A DNA stretch of 62,724 bases, the filler included, from Phoronis australis (lineage: Eukaryota > Animalia > Phoronida), in the NCBI GenBank assembly GCA_002633005.1. It is 5 parts of 5 records of this genome, joined end to end, with 100 filler letters (N's around TTAATTAATTAA, not from the genome) between each part and the next. Parts side by side here need not be neighbours in the genome. Positions count along the whole stretch, not along the records: positions 52,665 to 56,041 come from NMRA01003057.1; positions 56,142 to 59,898 come from NMRA01002852.1; positions 59,999 to 62,724 come from NMRA01003466.1; 2 more parts are not named here. One strand, written 5' to 3'. Positions 53,060 to 62,724 of this stretch are shown here, one piece after another; positions within the stretch are counted from its first letter, which is position 1; each line of letters begins with the position of its first letter. Below the pieces are notes generated by a model. It was not told where the DNA came from and searched no databases. It worked only from the letters and a program-made list of their open reading frames with translations. A program made the position numbers and the translations under genes.

Positions 53060-53375
53060 CATCCTTATAACCGAATTTTTTAATAAAATTCAAGCTGAGT
53101 GATCCGGACCCTTGATTACGGTTCACGTGGACTACCTTAAGCCCTGTTTTAACTCATATGTCCAAGACTGGCGACAACCAAATAATCATTTTAGCAATTT
53201 AAATTTTGACTCAAATGATCTTCCCAGTGAGGAAACCGATAACCAATGTGGTGGTGAAACCGAGAACAATCTAGATAGCTGCATTCCCACTGAGCCCCCC
53301 AGTGTGAGCAGTGATGTCTATCTATCCCGGAGAGGTCGAGTTATTAAGAAACCTCCTCGATTTCTGTCCCCGTAA
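53060..53375 (+). mobile_element. Gypsy-type integrase C-terminal remnant
   Basis: TVHVDYLKPC and terminal SRRGRVIKKPPRF* motifs. Confidence 0.65.
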
Positions 53376-54149
53376 TTTAATTTACATGTCATTGCAGAGA
53401 ATTACATCCAGAGGTTGGGGAGTATGAAGAGATCATAGCGAAGAGTTCGAATCAATACAGGTGCAGAGATTGTAGTAAGGAATTCGCGAAGGTGTCGCAG
53501 GCTATCGACCACGAAGCAGCATGTTGCCGCACCATTATACTGTACACGTGCTCATGCGGTTTCCGGTCTCCTAGGGCCCACCAGACCCGTCGCCACCAGA
53601 GAAAGGCGCAGCACTCTGCAAAACCCTATCGGAAAGAAGAGGTCGCCAACAAGAACCACTGGCGGAGGGTGTGGGAGGCAAAGCGGTGGGCCAGGATGGG
53701 TGAGCTCTATCGAAAGAGGGCACCATTTCAAGATGTAGAGTTAGAGAAGTTTGGTATGGACGAAGGCAAATTGTTGGAATGGGAAAGAAGTCTAGTTGCA
53801 TTTATTGGTGTTTGAGTTTTACGTTGTTATTGTTGTTGTTAATCGTTTCCCAGTTAATTGTTGTCATTTTCTATGCATATATTTTATTTCTATTTTATTA
53901 TGGTCCAACCGTTCAGGTCTTTGTGTATGTGAATTACTAGAGTTATTGATGTCATTTAAAATATCTTGAATACCTTGTTATCACGAATTAGTTGTCGCTC
54001 ACTGTCACTACTNNNNNNNNNNNNNNNNNNNNNNNNNNNNNNNNNNNNNNNNNNNNNNNNNNNNNNNNNNNNNNNNNNNNNNNNNNNNNNNNNNNNNNNN
54101 NNNNNNNNNNNNNNNNNNNNNNNNNNNNNNNNNNNNNNNNNNNNNNNNN

Positions 54150-54612
54150 ACCAACAATGACAACCTGTGGTGTGTCAGTTGCCTATTGAGATTGGGCTTG
54201 CACCAACTGATATGTAAAGCCTCACGAATTTTAAGCTCCTTTGTTGTTACTGCCTGGTCTATTGTTGCAAAGTCATTGAAAGAGCACTGCTGATAACAAT
54301 GATTGGAGCTCTGCAGGTGAATATTTATATGTGAATTACTGTCAGAATTTAGATGTTCCTTGGTCCTGGTTTTCAAATGGCGAACAGTTTCGCCTATATA
54401 ACTGGAGCCACATCCAGCACAGATAAATTTGTATACTACCTTGCACCGTAGACCCATAGAAATTTTGTCCTTAGGGTCAAATAAACTCGACAGTTTTAGA
54501 GACTTGAATGTTAATACAACTCTTAAGTTCACACAGTAATCATTCACCAATTTGTTGAGTTTTCGTTGAGCAATTTTGGCGTAAAACCCAACATAGGGTA
54601 TTTAAAGTACTA
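54150..54612 (-). mobile_element. Penelope-like element GIY-YIG endonuclease fragment
   Basis: VVYKFICAGCGSSYIGETVRHLKTRTKEH...IREALHISWCKPNLNRQ. Confidence 0.9.
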
Positions 54613-54774
54613 TAGGGGTGTTTTATTACGTCACTTATGTTTTGGACTCATCCACACGTGCATTCTTTTGGTCTATAAAAGCCGCGCACAAGCAGTTTTG
54701 GAGGGCTGTCTGGGGTTCGAAACTCACCCCAGTCCAATCTAGAAATATGAGTGACGTCTTGTAAGTATCCTATA
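54611..54774. mobile_element. Short MITE truncating the Penelope fragment
   Basis: Imperfect TIRs tatagg.gtgttttattacgtcact / agtgacgtcttgtaagtatcctata. Confidence 0.5.
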
Positions 54775-56041
54775 GCTTCTTCTAAAAGTTTTAAAGTTCC
54801 TTAATATTTTTTGATAAATTCTTTCTCATAACCTCTGTTTGTAATTTTCAACAACATCAATAAATAAGAATGTATTTTTAATCAACTCAAATCTCCTTTA
54901 ACTCCTGCTTTTTAAATATTCAAACTTCAAAACGACTGAGCATCTATCCGTCAGGTCGACACTTGTGGTCATTCACGACATACATAAAACACAACGCTGC
55001 ATATAACACCACCGCTACAGTTGCATAACGCAAAACCGTCGACGGAACCAGCTATGTATTTTTAAACCTTTCGATGTAGGCCTAGTACAGAACAGATGAC
55101 AACTGTGCAGTTAAACCGTTTACTTGGCGACCCCTATAGAAGCGCTGGTTAACTAAGAAGTTCAAAGCGAGGCTTTGAGCAGAAGATATGGAACGCTGAC
55201 GGAACGCTGGTCAAAATAACGGTGGCTTTTGGGTTTGAAAACGTATATTTTTCCATACTTTTGCAACAAAAGGGTTGTCGTTTGCTCAAATACAGGTAAG
55301 GTTTTCGATCCGAAACTGTTTAGGTAAGGTGTGCCTACGTTGCTTTCCGGTTTATAACTTTTCACCAATACCACACCACTTTATGCATCAATGCGGTTTC
55401 GCTGTATATTGAACTCATTGTTTGCAATATCACTCAAATACTTACATTTTTGGCTGTTGTCTGTGACTTTTCCACTCAAAAGCAGACGATCACGCAGTAG
55501 AGGAGGCACTTCTCACAGAAAATTATTTTGTATGTAATTCATAACACAGGAGAGTTCCTTAGTAACTAGAGTACGATTTTTCGAGTAAACTCGATTCCGA
55601 GTCGACTCGAAAATGAATATTGGGCACGCAATTCCGAGTTCGACTCGGCTGAGACAGATTTCGAGTAGAAATTTCCAAGTTCGAGTTCGAGTCTGACATT
55701 AGGCACCGGGCCTTGGAATCATTTGAATTGCGTCATGCATGTAGAGGCTTGCATCATCAAATTGCGTCATGTCACTAATACATCAGTTGATTCAAAATGC
55801 CATGCCTCACATGAAGAAAGTGTCAGGGACATGGACGGTGATGAGGAGGGGGTAATTAAAGAATACTATAATTCTAGAAGCGTGCAAACAGAAATATCAC
55901 CAACAATGCGATCTCTTAGCGGGAAAATATATTTGACAGCACAATGTACTTAAGCTTAGAACTGCACGCTATCTCCAATACAATATCCGCCTCGATCCTT
56001 TTATTCAGCCGACTGTTTCCTACGAATTTGCTCACCTGACA

Positions 56042-56141
56042 NNNNNNNNNNNNNNNNNNNNNNNNNNNNNNNNNNNNNNNNNNNNTTAATTAATTAANNN
56101 NNNNNNNNNNNNNNNNNNNNNNNNNNNNNNNNNNNNNNNNN
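56042..56141. other. Artificial contig-joining spacer
   Basis: 44N-TTAATTAATTAA-44N. Confidence 0.95.
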
Positions 56142-57256
56142 GTAAACCGGTATACGGTACAAGCGTTATCAAGCAACAGAAACCCAGTACTGGGCCAATA
56201 CTCTCATGTTTACTGGGTAAGGAACCAGACATTAGAAAAAGACCTGGATAATGAGTACACCCCAGTACGCAGCAACAGCGTGACATGTTGACTGGCTCGT
56301 GCAAAAGCAAACGACGACCGAACTTATCACAACCGAGGTAGAACAGTGACTGACTCGACTGCTCTCACCGCAGTACGTTAGACTATATGAAAAGAAATTG
56401 GCGCGAAATTCTTGCCTCCCAAAACGTCACTTCCGGAGTAGACGACGAGTAATTAATTAAATTACGAAAAGCAGTAAATAAGTGAAAAATATGTCTGGGA
56501 TAATCAATGAATCTTATTTTTGCTAAAAATGACATGAAAGAAAAGGTTCGCCTTTATAACTTGACGCGACACCCAGTCTCGCCGGGCTAGGTAAGCTCGA
56601 CCGCATGAGATGACGTGAATAAAGACCGATTAAGACGGTAAAAACACTAATTAAATCGCCGGAATTCTTGTTTAACTTTCATCTATTCAGTGATTCCTTT
56701 GTGTAACTCTACCCGACGCCATCATGATACGGACACTATCTGGCTTCAGCGGTGCTTCAGTGACAAGTTTCAGTTAGTAGTGGACCAGTTCTAGATTAGA
56801 TCATGTGGTAGTGGAAATTTCTTGATTTTTACACTCCAGGAGAATGGTACGTAATGTTTACCAAACAATAATGATAAACTATTCACATGATTCCTGCCAG
56901 CGCCGACGGTGACACTGACAAGTTCCAGTAGGATTGAGAAAGTGGGTGCCGGCGGATTGTCAGGCCGCAATGACTGCAAAAAAAATCTTTAAAATGATCC
57001 TTTGCTGCAGACGAAATACTTGCAGGAGGTGACAAAGAAGAATGTATTTTAAGAACATCTTCATTCTTTAGTACTGTCGGAATCTCAAACATCGGTTTTC
57101 GGCTGACGGAGAGTAGATTCCCATTGCCCCATAGGCGTCGCTTTTGCGTATTCCAACGAATACTTCCGGTTTTCAGCAAATGCTTAGAGAGGGTGTCTCG
57201 GTGTTCCAAACACCACATTTTTTGGTCGCTTTTAGCAGGTTGTGTTTAGCATAGAC

Positions 57257-57534
57257 ATGTCGCCAGTCTGTGCCTGTATGGGTTGTCCGAATAATCGTCC
57301 CAGAGCATCGAAAAGTGCACCTATCCACAAATTCCCATTCAATCAAATAGGAGAAAAATGGGTGAATTTTGTCCGGCGCACGCGACCAGATTGGAGTTTT
57401 ACTAGTATTGAGTCGCTTCGACTTCTGAAAGACCCTAATTACTATGGCTTATGTTCTCTTCATTTCACAGATGATTGTCAGGATCCGGATCCTCATGTCA
57501 AGTTCCAGATTGCATCTGGACTTTTCCCCAAACT
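57257..57534 (+). CDS. THAP zinc-finger domain exon (probably transposon-derived)
   Basis: MSPVCACMGCPN...IHKFP....EKWVNFVRRTRPDW...LCSLHFTDDC fits the C2CH THAP signature. The apparent stop lies inside a splice donor CT|GTGAGT at 57535. Confidence 0.8.
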
Positions 57535-57555
57535 GTGAGTTTTCATCGATCTGAC

Positions 57556-57919
57556 CACAGGCGTCCTCAGCTTCTGATCGTCCCCAATACACTACGTATA
57601 ATACTACCGGCAATTTCCGTACCGTCCTTGACCTCGACGGGCCTAGGGAGAACGTGTGTGGGGGCTTTTTGTGAACATTTTTGTTCTTTGACTGCGAATT
57701 TCTTACGAAGTCGCCGTAACAGGACACCGTGAATGGTATTGGGAGAAAGAACAATTCTTCATGGTTTGTTGAACCCCTGTTTTGTGCAAATTTATTGAGT
57801 TTTATGTTTGCTATGGACGGCTGAAGTGAAGCACCCGTGGAATTTCAAGTCCGAAGTGTCATACCTTGTAGTATTATATGTAGTGTATTGGGGACGATCA
57901 GAAGCTGAGGACGCCTGTG
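57556..57919. mobile_element. CACAG-terminated MITE (CMC/EnSpm-like) in the THAP intron
   Basis: 52-bp inverted repeat 57556-57607 / 57868-57919 with one mismatch. A third partial terminus lies at 58304-58340. Confidence 0.8.
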
Positions 57920-58010
57920 NNNNNNNNNNNNNNNNNNNNNNNNNNNNNNNNNNNNNNNNNNNNNNNNNNNNNNNNNNNNNNNNNNNNNNNNNNNNNNNNN
58001 NNNNNNNNNN

Positions 58011-58294
58011 CAGGTGAACACAAGGTAGTCTCTCATACAGGTCCTTGACTCCTGGAACCTTCCACGCGCGCCGTCCCGAGGTCCAAGGGTACTAGTTGGC
58101 AGTGCTTCATCGGTAGATCATCCGTTTGCCAACTACGCTATTTGTAGTAATAGCCGAGATCACCCGACTCGGGGATCGAACCCGCGACCCCCATAAAACC
58201 GGCAAGCGTGCTAACCATTCAGCTAATAGGCAATTGCCTGTTAGCGAGTAGCTAACAGAGGCTCATATAATTCACCGGAAGCACATCTACAACA
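58011..58294 (-). mobile_element. Short LTR (152 bp) containing a tRNA-like sequence, followed by a PBS and short internal region
   Basis: On minus: TGTTGTAG (58294)...TTACTACA (58143), then aaTAGCGTAGTTGGCA resembling a tRNA-Ser PBS. Inside the LTR are A box TAGCTGAATGG and B box GGTTCGATCC. Confidence 0.7.
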
Positions 58295-59898
58295 CTTCTG
58301 ACCGTGTATTGGGGACGATCAGAAGCTGAAGACGCCTGTGACTGGGAGTCGATGTCGATCTGTTAACATAGTGCTCTTATAGTTATACACCAATGAAGGG
58401 AGTAGTGCACGCTTACCATCCCTTACAAAAATGAACTTCAGTTTTCATTGAAAAACTAAAGTTTTTGGTATGAAAAAGTTAAGAATTTGGGCGAAAAATT
58501 TACGTTTTGCACAAGTTTATTAAGTGGGTATTTGTATATTCGTATTTCACCAGTGTATGAACATGCTACAGATTTATATACACTGGCTTTTCAATTCAGA
58601 TATGGAATGGTATTTATAAGCTGCTGAGTGAGCTGTTGACTGTAATGGTGACATTTCAAAGATTTGATCCTAAACAGATGCAAGAGATGAACTGTTTGCA
58701 TTGGTGTATTTTTCACATGGGACACAACACATTTTCTGGTCGCTATCACACCGTAACCAGTCAAAATCTTCTTTCCATTTCGGAAGGAATTCCCGTTTTC
58801 GTTTATTCATTTAATACTGTTGCTTGGTGGCTTCATGCCCTTTGGTTTGGTTACTAGTTGCAATATTAGAGCTGGTTGACTTGAAACCATACGCTAACAA
58901 AGTATTTTTTTCGGCATTGCAACTATAGTTTCCAAGACATGCTGTAAGTAAGACAGCCGAATGTTATAAAGTTTTATTGATACGCGCTAGTGAGTTATCG
59001 CTACTATCATTGACGGCCAAATCACAATCAAGGTCCATATTCGGTGGCCACTTTTGGTGAAAAAGAAGGTTGTCATATAACTGTAAAAGCTGGGTTATTT
59101 TAAAGTACCATCATTCCAGGTTTGTAATCAAAAATATTTTTGCACAAGAACCACCAAATAAAATTTCATGGTATAATGCATCGCATTTGTACAAAAGGGT
59201 ACGTACACTACAACTTGTGGTCACAACACACTTCTACCATGCAAAAATTCATAAGGTAGCTGTTAATTTAATAAGTTATTGATTAAATTGAAGAAGTATC
59301 ATATACTAAAATAAGAAAAGTTATTACTGTGCTGATCAAGTTGTTCTAGATGATGATACATTGCATATCTTAATACAATATAATGAGAACTTCTTTCTTT
59401 TGCAATATGATTCTTACAAAAAGAAAATGACAAGTAACTATTTTTTCAAAAACTTTATTGATGCTATTTGCCTAGTTGTAAATACATTCACCAGTTGGTC
59501 AAAATAGTTAAAGCAATACTAGGCCTAGTGTTCTAATTGCAAACAGTAAAAAATGGTACTGATTGAGGGGTACGTACAGACACAGTGAACGTCAAATTTT
59601 GACTAAGTTACAAGTGTATGGGATGATCTCGAGTTTTGTGCTGCCTCCACTTGTTGGTTTGTTGCAAGTTAAAGTTGCCTTGAGAGATAGAGAGCCTGCC
59701 TCTGCAACATCAGTTGTCACATGACGTGTCTTCTAGGATTTTCAGTACTAGCCAAGTCCTGTGTGGCATTTTATTGTCCACAAATTTAATAATGGCCATT
59801 GTTTTTTTTTGTCAGACTGTAGTCATTTTGGAAATATCAGTATTGTTCATGAGAACAGCAGTATGTAAAAATTCTTGTGTAGCACAGAGGCTGGAGGT

Positions 59899-59998
59899 NN
59901 NNNNNNNNNNNNNNNNNNNNNNNNNNNNNNNNNNNNNNNNNNTTAATTAATTAANNNNNNNNNNNNNNNNNNNNNNNNNNNNNNNNNNNNNNNNNNNN
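59899..59998. other. Artificial contig-joining spacer
   Basis: 44N-TTAATTAATTAA-44N. Confidence 0.95.
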
Positions 59999-62724
59999 TA
60001 ATTTTTTTCGTTTCTGTTTATTTATATTATTTCTGTTTTAGTTGTTGCGCTGTCGTTTTGGTGTTGTGTTTTTTCTTTTCGTAAATCAAACAACAAAATT
60101 TAATCGTTACTACTTGCAGGCTATTCAGACTGGTACATTACAGTTTGTGAAGGAGTTGAAAAACAGGCATTTTCCAAGGTAAATCCTTTTAGTTCTTAAT
60201 GGGTATCTTTTTGTAATGATTTATTGAAAAACCCCTTGGTAATTCTTCAGTTGGTTTAAACAAATATAATATCGCCGAACCCGTGTTTCTTGTATTTTTC
60301 AAAGACTGAGTGTTGTTTCCGAAAAGCTGTTCAGCACAGTCCATACTGTTGTTATAGTATAGTTTGCCTCGTTGTGGTATGATGTGTACCAATAGCTGAT
60401 TAACGTGACTGTGCAGTGAGATTTCTTCAACAACTTTTGGTTAAAATTAAACAAAAAGTCATTTAATGTGAGTATTTTTAATTGTGGCACATTACGACTT
60501 TCAGTGTGGTCGTTTTCATGTTGTTTTTAAGATGCAAAAATGTGGTTAAGACAGCTAGTCAATGTCATTGTGATAGTTTTTTAAAGCAAGACAATGACTG
60601 AAAGTGAAAGTTAGTCTATGGTCGAAGGTCATGCAGGATCATAGGAAAATGTCCAAAATTGTGGCTAACTTTGGAACATCATATCTCAGGAATGGCTGAT
60701 CTGATTCTTATGATAGCATGCTTTATGCACTTTTGTCTGTATGTATGTGGTCAGGAGTTGTTCTTGAAATGTTCTTTTTCTACCAGTGGTCCTAACAAAA
60801 ATATGACTTTTATGGTTTTCATTAAAAATTGTTAAAGTTACTTAAAAGAAGACTGAAATGATGTTTTTGAAAACTTAACAGCTTTTTGAGGTCCATTACC
60901 AGCAATTCGTAAACTAGGTCATCCGCCAGGTTCTCTGCGTAAACTAGGTCATCGCTTATGGACCAGTTAGCGCTTCACTCTCGGCGTGTCTACTGGAGAG
61001 AAGCACCCAGGAAGGTTGTTCTACATTTTGTAGCCCAAAATTACCAAAGTTCAAATATATTCCGTTGAAAAGGAAAGACAAAACACAGCATTACAGATGT
61101 CTGGCCAATATCATGAGTCACTACTCGTAAGCAAATCAAAGCTGTCCTTACTCGTTGCCTTATCTCGCACTACCCGTCGTCAATCGACTAGTTTTCAGTT
61201 CGCAATGCAACAATACAATTCTCATAAATTCAACTTGTAATGACCCCTTTTAATTTTAAATCATGCCCGAAGTACTCGGAAACAAATTATTGTTAGGTAC
61301 AACGAGATTTTTTTTCTCTGAAGTGGATCGTAAACACCTCAGGTGACTGATCGAGTTTTATGCGCATAGCTACTTTGGCCTAGAGCTGAATTCTTAGCTC
61401 CCATACTATGGGCTGGGCCAATCTTTGTTGTACGCCCTACTTAAGCATTGGAATCAAACTGTTATATATAGAGAAAACGTTTATTAGTATACTGGTGTGA
61501 ATATTATCAGTGATTTAACCAAAAACTTCGAATTAACTAGACCCACTAATGATAGTCTATGACGATAAACTGATATCAAAAGGCCAAAATTGGCAATTTT
61601 CGGCGACCCCATGTTAAATACAAAATTTTGTCTAATTTTCTTCAAAATTCTACATTTCAATCTTGATTATACTGACATCTGTTGGGTCTATCGGCAACTA
61701 ACCGCACATGAAAGGCTTGGTCGAAAATTATCGTTTTCTCACATGCACTTTCGGGTTTTTAGCGGCGATTCCACTGATCGAAGCGACAAAATAAGCCAAA
61801 ACTTTGGCCATACCATGTTAAACATAAAATTTTTTCCAATTTTGCTGAAACTTGGCCACGTTTTTAACAAAATACTTATCTATGTTATGTGCTATCGGCA
61901 AATGTGATTGATTCATAAATAAGACCCTCACGCTGTGTTTTCTGCGAATCCCATGTATTCTGAAGGGGGCCAACTGAGTGATTTTCGCGCATGCGCAATT
62001 CACGGTTTCAATATTGCTGGTAATGCATTTTCAAAGTTTATTATCAAATAAAATTTGATCACGTTACTGATACTGTTGTTTTACACGACCCAATTATTGG
62101 CAGATTGGTAAAAAGTCGAAAATCAAATTCTATTGAATTCATATTTTCAGAAAATCTATAGTTTTGCTGAGTTGAATTCAGCAATAATTTTGAGATATTA
62201 AGGCTTGAAGAAACGGTTGTACATTAATCTGAAAAGTAAAATGTAATAGACACGTGAGTTTAACTGTGTTGTGTAGTTACAAAAACTATTTTATGGTTGA
62301 CGCAGTTCTCAAATGTTTATGCTGCTTACCCACTTCTAAGCTGTGTTGGACTGAGCAAAAGGTGATCTATCCTGCCCACCCAGCTTGTCAATTTTTTTGT
62401 CAACATCGCAGCTGACTGGGTTCGGATAAAATTTTATTGGCGCTACAATGCCGAATGACAAATTAATTTTTGATGTAATAACCACGACGGTGGTCGTACT
62501 TAGTGCCCTCCTCCCGTGCAGCATTGTGGGTAAATACCGGGGAATCTGACAGATCCTGCTTTATTTCTGTGCCCGTTGATACACATGCTTCAGTTACGGT
62601 CATGTTACGTGTTACAGTATAAATGCCTTTTCTAATCCATGCATTTTTTGTACAAGTTTTTACTTACTCGTTATTCAGATTTTCATTTATCTTCAAACTT
62701 TTTCAGTGGTGACGAGATTCCCAT

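Noticed and set aside
59040-59140. Possible MULE transposase remnant on minus (WNDGTLK...QLY)
   Set aside because: Only a few residues match, across a stop and a frameshift; not supportable without a profile search.
60120-60178. Isolated 59-nt AG-GT exon candidate
   Set aside because: Splice sites are plausible, but there is no partner exon or recognisable product.

Overview
This is eukaryotic (animal) genomic DNA, AT-rich and intron-rich, most likely from a marine invertebrate; lophotrochozoan is an inference only. The window is not continuous: four artificial 100-bp spacers (44N-TTAATTAATTAA-44N) join five independent pieces. Spliced genes rebuilt by hand from GT-AG exons with consistent phases are: the 3' part of beta-glucuronidase (GUSB, +); a complete PRR11-like gene (-, 335 aa); the first coding exon of a SKA2-like gene (+) head-to-head with PRR11 across a compact CCAAT/CHR promoter, the arrangement known in human; a complete 128-aa secreted four-EF-hand protein gene (-) almost invisible in the ORF track; and most of a FATP/SLC27A gene (-). 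Fragments include a GT10 fucosyltransferase, THAP-domain exons, Penelope RT and GIY-YIG, and Gypsy-type tails. Introns are packed with non-autonomous elements: Harbinger-, hAT-, Transib/CMC- and Kolobok-like MITEs, a Helentron-type element carrying an array of CTCF-like motifs, head-to-head tRNA-derived repeats, and a short LTR containing a tRNA-like Pol III promoter. Family and orthology calls rest on recalled motifs, not database searches.
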